This document shows, piece by piece, positions 1-13,900 of a DNA stretch of 64,000 nucleotides. The notes below the pieces were generated by a model that did no database searches, was not told the origin of the DNA, and saw nothing but the letters and a program-made list of their open reading frames with translations. The position numbers were made by a program, and so were the translations under genes. Source of the stretch: Ascidiella aspersa (taxonomy: Eukaryota); NCBI GenBank assembly GCA_963924565.1, contig OZ004613.1:10416001-10480000 (forward strand), written 5' to 3'. Within the stretch, counting starts at the first letter, position 1. Every line of letters begins with the position of its first letter.

Positions 1-715
1 GGAGGTATCATTTTGAACGTTTCGAATAACTCCTTATTTATTTCTAACATCTAAACGTTTAAAATTATACCTACTTTTGTATCTTACTACATTACAACCT
101 CCAACCATTTTGCTCCTATATATGATAGCATAAACGCCTTTACCTCTAAAACAAGCATGGAAAGACTAGAGCTTTAAAGTAAGGCGTATGGCGAATTTGC
201 TAAAACAAGCGTAGTCTTCCTATTTACATACGAAATGCAAAATGATTCGAGGCTGGAAATTTGATTTTAACAAACCGCAAAATTGTAAAATTGCGAAATG
301 ACATGGCTGGCCCTGTAGACGTTAGTAAAATAACATACACGGCAAGCACAACGTTCATGTGACTCCAATTCTGACCTAAATGTTTTCCTGGTGGAAAGTA
401 AAATTTTGGTCTAATTTTTTTTTAAACATTAAGCTCATAACTCTGCAGGGTTGTGGCCAATATGCCAATAATATTTAAAACTTTAAGAAGTAACAAATTT
501 TATTAAGTATTTTACAAGCTGCCTAACAAAGTAAGCCAAACGACCCGATCGTTCAATTTCGTTTGTTTAAAGTAATTCTTTTACGAGTTTCTTTCAGACA
601 CAAATAAAATGGTTTGTTGTTATGATGCTGATGGTTTCGGACCACATTTTTGATATTTTTTTTACATTCAAAATAATTTTTGACAAAAACCGAAGGGTCA
701 TTTTTTTCTGAGGGG

Positions 716-766
716 GATGGGTGGAGGTGGGTGGAGGTGGGTGGAGGTGGGTGGAAGTGGGTGGGA
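716..766 (+). repeat. G-rich (GTGGAGGTGG)n microsatellite
   Basis: About 4-5 copies of the 10-mer. Confidence 0.9.
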
Positions 767-1782
767 TTTATGCATAATTAGGTTTACTATTGGTAACACG
801 TGAATAATAAAAATGTTTTTTTTTTACTTTACTCAGGGGTTGTTGAGTGCGAATCATGCCTGTATTCTTGTATTGTTTTTTGATTAATGTATCGCCGGTA
901 ATAAACTTATGCTTTCTATGAAGATCGTTTCAAATATGGGTTTAAAATATTAGGCTTGTCACAGTAATATCGAAACTAAAGTGTTTAAGAACCATATGCT
1001 CTTAAACGACCAGCGTAGGAAATTGCTGACACATCAAGTGCAGCAATATAGAAGTGAGCAGAGTCCTTGCGGCCGGCAGCAGTTAACACCTATAGGCAGC
1101 GAGTGAATTTCGAGCAATATCTATTTGTCAACGGAGGGTATACCAGCTCGAAATAGAAGATCTCACACCGTTTGTATGAATACACCGTCCATAACGGCAC
1201 GCAAGACTTAGCGCGTCGTATGCGTGACATTCGACCATAAAACCATCGCATTTCGCCTTGTCGTCGTTTCATCGGGCGCTTGTTAAATATGAACAGATCC
1301 GGTGAAAACTTTATTCTTTGTTGCTTCCAGTCTTTTCCGCTGGGCAACTATTTGCACAGCCTGACATTGAATAAGTGACAAATTATAACGGCGGCCTTCA
1401 ATTCACATAAAGCGGGTCTGTAAATATAGATACGTCACGGGGTACACGGCCCAACTACGGTTAGCCAATAGCTTTTTAATGCTTGTTTTGAGTTATGGAG
1501 AGATTTAGACTAAATCGTGTCATTATTAGAAATTAAGGATAATAATACTGTAACCTCTTCCAAACAATAAAAAACTCTAATTGTGATATAGACGTTTGTA
1601 CATATACTTAATAAAAGACAAAATTAAGTTTATATACATAAATCGTTAAAAATGGTTCTTCATTGTGGCCAAAATTGTTGAATCATTGATATCCCGCCAT
1701 AGCCTGTCCACAACAAATAATTTCTTATTTGTTGTGAACAAAATTTGTAACTAATTGTGCCTTCAATCATCGATTGATACGG

Positions 1783-2025
1783 ACTGATGATCCCTCAGTG
1801 TGAAGTTGCTTGTACTAACAAAATGTGCAAGTATTGTCGCATGGTTGTTTCTCTACTCGCTCCTCTTTGAGCCTGCATATAGCTCAGTTGGTGGAGCGAC
1901 GGTCTCGGCTTGACCGGAGGTCGTGAGTTCGAACCTCACTGCAGGCCAGTTGTTTTTCTGGCTTGCTCTGCTTGCATCATAGATCGACAGATTCGGCGAG
2001 TCTGCGATGGCTTTTCGGTGTACTA
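1783..2025 (+). mobile_element. Repeat with tRNA-derived Pol III cassette (SINE-like), copy 1
   Basis: A box TAGCTCAGTTGG, B box GAGTTCGAACC; dispersed copies in the window. Confidence 0.8.
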
Positions 2026-2132
2026 TTGATACGGAAGCCGTAAACGTTGGTCATAAAGCAACTTCCAAAGGGCTAGATCACAGATGTTATTAAACACATA
2101 TGTTTGTGTGTGTCTTTCATTGATTGATGCGA

Positions 2133-2373
2133 ACTGATGATCCCCCAGTGTGAAGTTGCTTGTACTAACAAAATGTGCAAGTATTGGTGCATGGTTATTT
2201 CTCGACTCGCTCCTCTCTGAGACTGCATAGCTCAGTTGGTGGAGCGACGGTCCCGGCTTGACCGGAGGTCGTGAGTTCGAACCTCACTGCAGGCCAGTTG
2301 TTTTTCTGGCTTGCTCTGCTTGCATCATAGATCGACAGATTCGGCGAGTCTGCGATGGCTTTTCGGTGTACTA
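2133..2373 (+). mobile_element. tRNA-cassette repeat, copy 2
   Basis: Near-identical to 1783-2025. Confidence 0.8.
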
Positions 2374-4888
2374 ATTGTGCCTTTTTTAATAGTTCCATCA
2401 CTTCTTTGTTTAAGTGGAAACAAACAATAATACCTACGAAGCAACAATATCTGAAGCAGAATAATCAATGACACAATATAGATCAATACGGAATAAAGCC
2501 TAAATGGACAAAGTAAAGCCTAAAACTGTAGGGGATTATAGGTACATTGGAGAACACCTATCTGGCATCAACCGTTTTTGTGTCTTGGTAGTGGATTGTT
2601 TGCCACTGTTTGGGGTTAATGGTGGGTAATGGGTGTGGTTAGAAAATGGGATAAGTTTGAAATGATTAGGGATATTAATGATAAAGTAAGGGGTATAGGA
2701 TTGGGTTTTAGGTAAAATGATGTACAGGCCTTATTCTAGCCAATTAGGTCTTCTTCCGACAAGTTTTATTCCGATTTGGATGTTATTGCGGATAAGCACT
2801 TATTGTTTGATTGCAGGGCATATGTTATTGTTGAAGGTGAAATAATATCTCGGTCTATCGATCTATAAACTAGGTCCTTAAAGATAACATGTCGCCGAAA
2901 AGAGGATACTGTGGTGCGCTCCGTAAACAAATAGGTATTGTCCACTTCTGTCAAACATAGGAACGGTCACATCATTTAAACAAGTCGTTTGGCGGAAGCT
3001 TATATTAAAATAGACTCAAGGTAGGGTACATCATTGTTTATGAAAATAACTTGGGAAAAAATGGGCGAATTTAGTGTGCAAAGTATTCCGAAGGCTTTCA
3101 AAAAAAGCGTACCAATTTAAATGAATAAAAAAATATTTTGCAAAGTGGTATAGACAGGATGCTTTCATCAATGTTTAACAACAACGCTTAAAACTACAGC
3201 ACTATAGTTGGCCTATTTTGGAAACGTTTTTGAAGGTGATGTGAGTCACTGCTGAGATTCTTAACAAACCGCTGGACAGCTTTGCACATTTTGAATTAAG
3301 TGCGCTTCATGCTGTGACTGAAATGACAAACCTAGATCTAAAATCAGAGTGTCTATTCCAGCTCATATATTACGCATGCAGACATGCCATTTACCGCATG
3401 TTTTTTGAAATCCTTCTAGAGAAAATCATTATTCGTGACATGTCGTTCGCCTTCATTTTTGCATGTAAATTGAAATGCGACCCCCACAAACATATTCGTG
3501 AAATGCATACGGCGGCTAAAGGCAGATAAGACTGGCACTATATCTAAAAAAATTGGAACAATAAAACACTTAATCTAAACCACAAAGAAAAGTAAATTTA
3601 GGTTAAACTTTTGTTGCAATGTATCGTAAAAATAATTAATTCAACGAAGATGTAACACAACTGATAAACATATTTTAATCTGTTTAGCATTTTACTGTCT
3701 TATTTTAAAGATGACTTCAATGTTAAATATGACACGTAAGATCTTATCGACATCAATTAAAGGGCGGCGAACAATCTACCGCATGGTTTAAGCGTTCTGC
3801 ACATATCATAACTCGACTGGCAATATATCTTTAAAAATGTCTCATAACGCGCTTAGACAGAAATCCGGGCAAATGCAGTAAATATATGACTGTCATTTGC
3901 CTGAACCTGCCGTTCCCAGCCTTGGTCCCGTCAGGCCACCCGGCTGGTTTGAGGGGGCGACATGGTTGTTCGGTAAAACGCACCTTTGAAGTTAGTGTAG
4001 CACTTTGAAGCATAGTAAACCAGGTGAGATGAGGTCTATCGCTAGATATGCTCCCTAAATTTAACCGGACACCTTATAGTTGTCTAATTAAATTGTATAA
4101 AGCTAGTTAATACTTTACTTAAGATAATTTCAGTTAATATCCCACAAAGGCAGCGTTCTTGACGGTTACACAGGCATAGCCTGCTTGTCATGTTCTTTTC
4201 ATGCCTTGTCATGTTCTTTTCAGCTCTCCAACAACATTATATGGCGTGTCGAACTCGTTTAAACTACAGGACACGACACGAGTATCTTGGGGCACTACGC
4301 CCACCCAGATTGCGAAGAGAGCCTTAGGAAAAAAGTTTGACAAGCATAAAGCCCAAACCGAAACCTAGACGTACGCGAAATCCTGTGATCGACCACCCGA
4401 GGTGTCCTTGCATCGTTTCGTGCTTCGCGATTCTGTAGCAGTGAGTGTCATGCTAAAACAACAACAACATAAAAAACAAACAAATATTGTCCCTGGTTGA
4501 ACTTGTTTCTTGTTACTTTGTATTCCAAAACGATTTTTGCAACAAAAGGCATCGATTTGCTTTTCGAACTTTACCCAAAAGACTATCAGCAGCCATCTTA
4601 GCTTATAAACGCATGTGGGTCTAAATCAGTGTTTCCCAACCTTTTTTACACTAGTGCCCCCTTGCGCTCAATATTATTTCATATCGCCCCCCTCATTTTG
4701 CTTTACAGTAAAGTATTATATTAATCGTTGTCTAACATCATATTGTCTTCACTTTCGTTTCGATAAGCTGTCAGTCTTATTTTAGGTTGTGTAACATACA
4801 TTCACTATAGGAATTTATAGATACATTATTTCACCAGGTTATGTCATTACCAGGAAAAAATTTAACTTTCTGCACCAAGATTTTAAAT

Positions 4889-5471
4889 CAGGGGTCGGCG
4901 ACCTTTTCTAGTCGCCAACCAATCTCAGAAAGGTCTCTGTGGGCCGCACAAAATGTAAACTAAGAATTGTGTTATTAAAATATTAGAACAACTGTGAATC
5001 AGGCGGGCCTCGAATTTTTTTCATCCATAGTACTAATGAAAAGTGTAATCAAGCTTTTGAGGAAACGCGATAACCTTATTAGATACGCGTAGGCGCTCCT
5101 GGCGAGCGAAGCGAGCGCGATTTTTTCGGGTATACCGGCATTTTTTTTAAATTTCCTGCTAGTTTTTATTACATTGCCTAAAAAAATAAAAAATGTTAAA
5201 AAGTATGTGTAATATTTTTGAATACGTTTTCCGTTTTTCCGCGACGCACTTAGCAGACTTCCATGGCGCAACGGTAAAGAATCGCTGAACTAGGTCAAAT
5301 ACAGCATCAAAACGTAAACAAACTGGACGTAAGATCATTCGCGCAAAGCGCGAAAATTTTTTGACCGTACTAAGGTAAAATAGTCAAAAAGCATTCGAAA
5401 TGGACTTCATCTAGTGGTCAAAGAGGCGGCGGGCCGAATTCGACCCGTGGGCCATAAGTTTGCGACCCCTG
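4889..5471. mobile_element. Non-autonomous hAT/Charlie-like element nested in another element starting at 4627
   Basis: TIR CAGGGGTCG...CGACCCCTG; degenerate 8-bp TSD TTTTAAAT/CTTTGAAT. Confidence 0.7.
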
Positions 5472-5750
5472 CTTTGAATATACAAACATTTAGCCGCGTA
5501 TAAAACGGTGAAACGCAACAACAACCAACAACTTTACATAAGAAAGCCAATTATTACGTGACAATGGTTGGGACACTACTACACAAGTTTGCAGTACGGA
5601 AGCATTTAAGGTTAAAAGTTACCTACAGTGCTGTTTGTTAGGATTTGTTATGTGAAATTTTTATAAAATTTAGCCAAAAGTACTTTCATGTAACGCCCCC
5701 TTATATGCGTTCAGCGCACCCCAAATGTGAAAGAGACCCAAAGCGCCCCT

Positions 5751-6040
5751 AAGTTGAGTTAAGTTGAGTTAAGTTGAGTTAAGTTGAGTTAAGTTGAGTT
5801 AAGTTGAGTTAAGTTGAGTTAAGTTGAGTTAAGTTGAGTTAAGTTGAGTTAAGTTGAGTTAAGTTGAGTTAAGTTGAGTTAAGTTGAGTTAAGTTGAGTT
5901 AAGTTGAGTTAAGTTGAGTTAAGTTGAGTTAAGTTGAGTTAAGTTGAGTTAAGTTGAGTTAAGTTGAGTTAAGTTGAGTTAAGTTGAGTTAAGTTGAGTT
6001 AAGTTGAGTTAAGTTGAGTTAAGTTGAGTTAAGTTGAGTT
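5751..6040 (+). repeat. Perfect (AAGTTGAGTT)29 tandem array
   Basis: 29 exact 10-bp copies. Confidence 0.98.
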
Positions 6041-7862
6041 GTCCATATCGAATACAAATTATTGTTCAAAAACCGGTCACGCAAATCATCATAGGTTTGA
6101 AAAAAAATACGACCTGTGAAACTAGCTTGACCACTGACCAGGTAAAACTTTGGACTATACACAGGGTCATGACTTAACGTTACCTTATGCGAGAGATGGC
6201 TATCCGACGTGTTATCACAACAGCGATTCGGAAATGGCAATCGTAAATTACCACTAATTAAGCGCTAGGTCGTTTTTTTGCAACTAAACGCCCGAGGCTT
6301 GCGAATTCAAGCGCCACCTTGGCCAATTAAATTTGAGAGTAAAGTACGTTCAATTTTGCTTGTGGTTTGTACTTAATATAGAATTGAGACTGTTTAAAAA
6401 CAAAATTATTTCATAAGATTTTTTGTAATACACAGCTTTTCCAAACGAATTAACTCGATCAGAATGTATGTCGATTAGTATGCAATCATCATTATACAAA
6501 TTAATTGTTCATTGATCTTAAATAACGAAGCGTTTGACTTAGATTGACAATTTCAACATCTGTTCAAAATCATTGTAGTGATTTTACGTGTACATTAATT
6601 TTATTTTATATGTAGTTTAATTAACAGGAGTACAAGTTTTAAATTGGAGTAAAATTAATACTTTTGAAACAAAAGACAGCCCGTGAGCTCTCGTTAACGC
6701 CATAAACAGAACATCATACCGCCTCCATTTTGCTTTAAAAATAGACGACCGTATAGCCTGCAGTTTACTTCGATAGTGTCAACCAGAAATTCGCGCTTAA
6801 ATAATGTTTCTATGAAACGTAGAATAAACTTGTTACTTACTTTACAGGATTTCTTGGATAACGAGTTTTATTGAAATCAAAAAAATTTTGGATGGATTCA
6901 ACATAAAACTGTTCTACTTTGTCGGGGTTTCTAGGATACAAGTTTCACATTTTTAGCAGATTTGGGTCAGTTTAGCAAAAATGTAAAAATTTATACAATT
7001 TGGAGAATGACACACAAATTACTAAGGTGTAGGTACAGGACATATTAAATTCATTGACTCTTATTTTATTTATTATAGTACGGTACGCACAGTTACTGTT
7101 ACAACAAATGCAAAGCAGTTGTTTTAGCAAAATCTTGCGTTTCCTTACTAAACCCTCATTGTAATAACTTAGCCCTGTATATTGTTGCCCGTTTTCGTGC
7201 TATTTTGCATGAAAGAAGTTAAAAAAGTTTAAAATATATTTCAACCGACTAAGTAATGTTAAAACAGAACAGTATATGGTCAACAAAGCAAGTCCGGTGC
7301 TTTAAAGGGTGGTGTTGTCAAACGGCACTAGCCAGTACTTACAAACGCCACCTGTATATATGGCATTGCCTTGGAAGAACGGAGGCTGGGTAGGAAAGGA
7401 AGTTGGCAACCCGCGTGTGATCAGTTACGACTAATTCGACCTGGCCAAGCCGGTGTTTAGCGCAATTACACGTAGTGAGCAGCCTTGCCATCAGAGACAC
7501 AGTTGTACTGGACAAGGGTTTGACGCACTTTAGCCTGTCGTATACCACTCGTGTGGTTAAAGCTTAGCTGGAACTAATATTTTTAGCCGTGCCTTTAAAA
7601 AAATAAAGCAACAAATCGTAAGCCTATAGATTACTATCAGTGATGCTCCATGAGAAGTGAAAGTATTTTCAAGTTTATTTGTTTAAGTATAGTGAATCGT
7701 TTATAGCGGTTAACTCGATTTGAGTCAGTGTATGTTTTAGGTCGAAAGTTTAGATGTTCAAATAACAATAGCCTATGTGTTAAAATACAGAAAATATCTG
7801 ATTGTTTGCTGTTACTCCAAATAGAAAATGTTTGCTATTTGTACTTATAAGGCCCAGCCCGT

Positions 7863-8162
7863 ATATCCACCGACCACCACCACCACTTAATTGCTTTACC
7901 AGTTTCAGATTTTGTAATGTGATTACCTGAAGTAATATTTTGTATTATTTTACTTGTTTGGTGTGAAAACAAAATGTTTTGGTCATAGGTTAATAAGTAT
8001 GAAATCTCCAAAATATCCACCGACCACCACCACCACTTAATTGCTTTACCAGTTTCAGATTTTGTAATGTGATTACCTGAAGTAATAATTTGTATTATTT
8101 TACTTGTTTGGTGTGAAAACAAAATGTTTTGGTCATAGGTTAATAAGTATGAAATCTCCAAA
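7863..8162 (+). repeat. 150-bp direct tandem duplication
   Basis: 7863-8012 and 8013-8162, one substitution seen. Confidence 0.95.
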
Positions 8163-10778
8163 AAGTATAAAGTTCTTCAGAATCGCCAAAATAAATTTAA
8201 AATGATAAAAGTTAAAAAAAATTGGTAAATATTACTTGTTTGTTTACTTTAAAGGGTAGTTTGTTTATATGTTGTTAATTATTAATCTAACCTATTTAGG
8301 GTAAACATATCATAATCAAGTTCATATTCGCCCTCATTTTTGCTCATTCACCTGCCTAATCACGACACGAACTCAAACGCTGATTGATAAGATTTGTTGC
8401 CAGATTGTCACGTATAGCTTTGCGTTCACTTTACAGACAACCTCCTTACAGAGGTGAACATTAGAACGTCCGCTCAACACGCTATTTCCGGAGGGCTTTG
8501 GCCCTAATTTCAACTTCCTAACCATAGGCAATATATCGCGAAAATTTTTTATATATAGTAAACTTAACGCAAAAAAAACAAGGAATCAGCGAAGTTAAAA
8601 ATGTTTTCTAACGTTAAAAACCAACACACAAAAGTATGGGATCCAACATCGACGCATTTCCTTTTTAGTGCTGAAGTCATTTCCTTTTTAGTGCTGAAGA
8701 TTGGCTGGTTCATCCACTTTGACATACAAGGGCGTGGAGTGTCCAACGTTTACGTTAACGTTGTTGGGCGTTTCGTTATAATACGTTTGGCCGTTCAATC
8801 AAACGACACGTTTTGCGTCAAGACCCATGGGCAGAACAAGTTTCAAAAAATCGTTGTTTCGAATCCAAGAACCTAATTCTTAGTCATACGTGCAAATCAA
8901 TATTTACAGATTTTACATTATCTTGAAGGCTTTTTTATTTGATTTTAAATCCAACTATTGTAATCCAAGTTAGTTGGAATTCAATAATCGCTATATATAT
9001 AAAGGTTATACATTGTCTGAGTTCGGAAATATAACCTTTATAGGAAATTCACATTAAATTAAATATTAATTTTACCTCGACTCTTTCGGTATATGTTTGT
9101 AAGTTTCTATTACAACTCCAATTATCTCTGTTACGTCTTGTTTTTCACTAAGATTGCGTAATGCTGTTGTCTGTTTGATTTATATTTAGATAAAAGCCTT
9201 GAAGCACTAAACGAAACTTTAACCGTATAGCAGTGCGAGCGCGCCTTTCTTAGAGATTTTTCCAAAAAGGTTTCATAGGCAAGGTGAACGCAAAAAAATA
9301 TCGAGCTTATTGTTCGATGTGCACATCTTCAACCACTAAGCATCCCACAAATGTGCGAATACTTAGACCTTAAAACAAGTTTTTGAAAACATTGTCCGTA
9401 TTTCGAACGCGCACATTTTTTCCCAGCTTGTGCTAAACAGTGCCCCAATTCTTGTGTAGAAGGTGGGCGGTGTTCAGCTGCAAGCCCCAGTTCGCCCACA
9501 GTTTACCGCTTGGATGCAAGTTCTGTGGTAGAAAACAAGTCGAGGGCAAAAAAGGGATTATTTTCCACCCAGGCTCGTTGCGAAAACGCGTCCGACAAGT
9601 CGCTCGCGTCTCTATGACGTAACAAGGCCTTGATTCGCTTCGGCAGTTGAGCAAATAGTTCTGCGCGACCTCCGCATTATAGTTACTCACCTGGGCACCG
9701 ACCAACGTTGCGCAAAGGCTGCTTAACGGCATCAGCGAATCAGGACACCAATGAACTAAACGCTTGGCAGCTTTGACAATGGAACTGACGTTGTGTGTAG
9801 GTAAATTAGGGCGACCCGGGCGTGTTTGCCGAACGCTTTCGATGCCGCCTCAGAGGTTATTGAGACAGGGCGCACAAGACGCTCGCGTTACAGCGAACTT
9901 GCTTTTAGGGCAAAACAGACGCGAACTTGAGTGCGTTACCAGTTTTGGGGTCGGATGCGGCTTTTAGAATGTGTCGTAAAGGCATGTTTACGAGCTCAGA
10001 GAAACATTCGGTTACACGGACGGCAAAATAGAGTCGCGTATCTCTAGGCATCATGGTTTCCTTAACCAAGATTTGTTTTACTACCTCCCGCTTTAACAGC
10101 CCAAGTCAGTTTTTGTGTTAAATTGAACAGCAAACAGTTTTCGGGCTCGTTTTAACTCTAAAAGCCCCTTTTTTCTCAGCGGCAAACAGCCAACCTGAGT
10201 CACTCCAACGTCATGAAGGTGGTTTTTCTTGAAGGAAGGCGTAAAAGGTATACGGCTGGTCGACAACCTGGTTTTGTTTTCGAGCGGCAGAGAAGGCAGA
10301 AAAGTTGCTCAGTCATGAATAGCACTCGTGTACAAAATTACTCGTTTAGAAAATCCGCTGTAATGCAACCTGACGCTTTTAGTAAGCTCCCGTGCGTGTT
10401 TGTTTTTGTACTACTTTAAACCGGTAATGTCAAGCTGTTTAACTTCTGAAAAGCGTGACATACCATATCAGTAAACAGACAGTAAAGCTAGACGCTAAAG
10501 TTTACCTATTTAAAGTAACCAGGTTTAGATTTGGTAGTAAGAAAACATATTGACACAGAATGCAGGAAATGTTTATAGAATTTTGTTATCCTTACAATAA
10601 AAATCAACAGAAAAAATGATAGATCCGAACGTTACTCGAGAAGTTGTGTCTATCGTTTGCCTTTTCAGATTAAAAAAGAGAGAAATTGACCGCAAAGTTT
10701 TGCTATAGAGCTTTTGCCAAATATTTGTTTCACGCTTTGCTGTGCATAAACGTTGTCAAGTACTGCAAAGAATATACG

Positions 10779-10905
10779 ATGTTACTGCCGTGGACTTTAA
10801 TCGCCCTGCTGGTTTTTGGAACGTTACGGCTTTCTAGCGCGCAGGGATTTTTCAATAGCGGAACCAACTTTACCGCACCAAAAACCTACCAGCGATTCTG
10901 CAATT
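10779..10905 (+). CDS. RTK-A exon 1 (signal peptide)
   Basis: [22 protein letters not shown]...; donor GTGAGT at 10906. Confidence 0.85.
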
Positions 10906-13900
10906 GTGAGTTTGCCTCTCTATTTTAACTTGATGTAGTGTTTAAGTAATCTTAAAATCGATTGCAGATTCTGGGTCGGTCTGAGAATGTCAGTTAGCAC
11001 GTTGGATAAATATGGCATTTTTTACTGTAGTGTTACTGGTGTAAAGGATTGATAAGCTACTTAATTTATTACAATTAAAACTGTATGCGTTTCGATATTG
11101 ATTTTTGTTGTTCCCTTTTTATATATCATGCTTTAAACATGTTAAACAACAAAAGATTTTTAAAACTGCTCAACCATGTATAACACGCCTGAATACATAG
11201 TGATCTAAACTTTTTTGGATCACGTTGATCAACCACAACGAAACACTTGCATTAGTAGAAATTTGGCAGTGGTTTCGAACCCCGCGCCAGGTTGTTTTTT
11301 CAAGCCTTGGTTTTTTTACCCTCTCTCCTGTTAAGGCAGACGTGTGAGTGATTTCAGCAACATTCTGTTCGGGTATTCGGTTTTCAACTTTAAACGAACT
11401 CAACTTTAAAGTGAATTTAGCTGCCTGTTTTACACCTATCTTGCTGTGGTTTTATTTAGCAAGTCACACGACGTCGTTAACGAACATGTCCCTGAGCTAT
11501 GAAGGCTGGTACACGGCGAAAGTGGAACAAGTGGGAAACAGAACGATGATCGTGCCGTACGCCCACATAACCTGGAACTTCACAAATCCCCAAAGTAAGG
11601 CGCCAATCGCTAATCCAGCTGATTTGGTTCGCTTGCATTGCAAAGACGTTATGTTTATCTATGCGACTTCTTAATCATGTTGTTGCTATTTGTAAAGCAT
11701 TGGTTCCCAAAGATATGTCCACTGATCCTTGTGATCCGTGAAAGTAGCAATGTTTATTACAAAAACGGTACCCAGTTGGATAAACTGATCAAAGTAAAGC
11801 AAGTCTACCCATGTCATTCGTGCAAACTAAATCAGTTTTTGCACAGTTCGTCATGCGAAATGTTTGTGTTTTCAAAAGAACATGGGTTAAAAAATGACTG
11901 AAAATAGGCTTTCGGTATTTGTTCATGGACAGTGCGACCTCACTTGACAAAACACACAAAAGTGGGATGTAAATAAGCTTTTTTGCGCATTGCAACATCG
12001 CCTGCAGGACGTTTATAATATCAGCATTCATTCAAAGATAAAGTCTTTGATAATGTTTTAATTTTAAAGGCACTGCAAGAGAAAAATAATCTCAAATTCA
12101 TACAGCATTGAGATGGGTTTGGTACTCCAAAAGTTAACTTAGTCTAAAAATACAACATGTTTGTCAAGTGTTGCGTGAAATATATATATACATATTTAAG
12201 ATAAACCTAAAGAAAAATTAGCTTCTATATACTGGTGTGCAGATAGACACAAGGTTAAATCAGATACTGTTATCTTTAACAACGTGTGACGGAAATGCTC
12301 CATACTGCGGTAGACGGGACATTGATCCCTAATTATTCACTTTTGATTTAAATCCTGTTGTTAGATGTGCCATTGGACGGGTTCGGAATTACGTTCAAGG
12401 ATTCTTACAGCGCTCATACGCCGCCTTCGCTTTATCCAGTTGATTATTGCGAACCGGGGTGAGTTTTTTTCCAGCAGAATCGAATTCTTTGTCAGTGGTT
12501 TGGCGGCGGATGTAGGCTCAAGGTTAGGGATGTCGATAATATCGGATCGGATCCGATACCCGATGGCAGGTTAGAGTATTGGTAGTCTTTCGATACTTGG
12601 GTAGTATCACTGCCGATTCGACACCGAGTTAATTTAGGCATTTCAGTAATGGTTTGTACTCCAACGTAGAGTGTTTTATTTATATAAGGTAAATTTGTTT
12701 AAAAATATTACATTAAAATAAAAGATAAACAAACTTTGAAAAAATCACAAAAGCTGCAACGTATATCCATTCTTTAGGCAAGTGCTTGTAGTTTGCTAAC
12801 AATTGCAACATTACGCTTTATCTCATTGCTTTTTGCCTCCAGGAGAAACCACTTTTGGGTGCAGACGGCCAACCAGTCGGTTTGCGAGACGAGTAACACT
12901 ACCTGTGATAACTACACGAGCGGCGACCGGTGCCTTTGCAAGGTTGACTGTCCCCTGTTCCGCTTCGAGAACGACAAGCTGTGCAAGCACATCGGCAACT
13001 TTTTTATGCCAACGATGGGATACTTCACCGTGCCACCGGTGAGTCTATATGACCGCCTTATAGTGTTTGTTCTAAAGCTAACGTCTGGAGATATTCCCCG
13101 AGCAATACATTGTACACGTGCCTGGAAACGTAACATTCTAATTACAAGCACGTGTTTGAACATTCTTTGTATACATAAGAACAGCATCATAAAATAAATT
13201 CAAAAAAGGGAAAAAAAGGCAAAATTCAGTTAGAATATTCGCTGTGGTTTAATTTTCATGTTTTGTTGTTAAAAATAACATACGATTTTGTCGGGATTTC
13301 GTACATTGAAATAATTTTGAAACCATAGTGCAAAGTCGTTCTCTTGATATGGCACGGTTTGTTTGAAATGGGGCGCAGTTACTTTACTAGGGGGGTGTGC
13401 GCCGTATAAATACATTGGCCTAAATAATAACCCAATGAACCGCAGTGTTGTATGGGGAATCAAGTAATGCGACTCTGAAAAGCATGCGATGACTTAATTT
13501 AAGTGCACTACTATCACGTGCTTGAATGACTTGCCCTGATTTAAATCTTTTGGGTCAAACTACTAGACTTGGCTCATGTACTTTGTAGAAATGTCTTGAC
13601 TTTGACTTTGGTCAATTTGGTATATGACTTAGATTAAAATTAAGTGTTCTAACTGAATACAATTTCGGTAAAATTGGCGTATTTACTTTTTTACGTTTCG
13701 TTGTTAAAAGAGTTATCTTTTATTTTAAAACATATATATTGATGTAATTCGACTTGGAGTAGACTCGCTTTAGCAAGCATCCAAGCAAAACCACAAAGGT
13801 TGAAAAACGATCCAAAACAACTTTATTCAACAAGAGCAGAATACCATATAGTTACGCAAATAGCATCGTCAGTTCTGTTAAGATTCTTAATTCGAATCAA

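Noticed and set aside
1870-1946. tRNA gene (also ~2220-2294, ~16098-16170, ~34600-34672)
   Set aside because: A/B boxes are present, but the anticodon arm is irregular and differs between copies, and the unit sits in a dispersed repeat. Treated as tRNA-derived; tRNAscan-SE would settle it.
2605-2715. Interstitial telomere-like GGGTTA tract
   Set aside because: Highly degenerate; more likely an internal low-complexity part of a repeat.
5751-6040. CRISPR array or telomere
   Set aside because: No spacers, eukaryotic context, and the unit is not TTAGGG.
7835-8161. 108-aa minus-strand ORF with repeated KWWWW
   Set aside because: By-product of the 150-bp tandem duplication; no ATG start.
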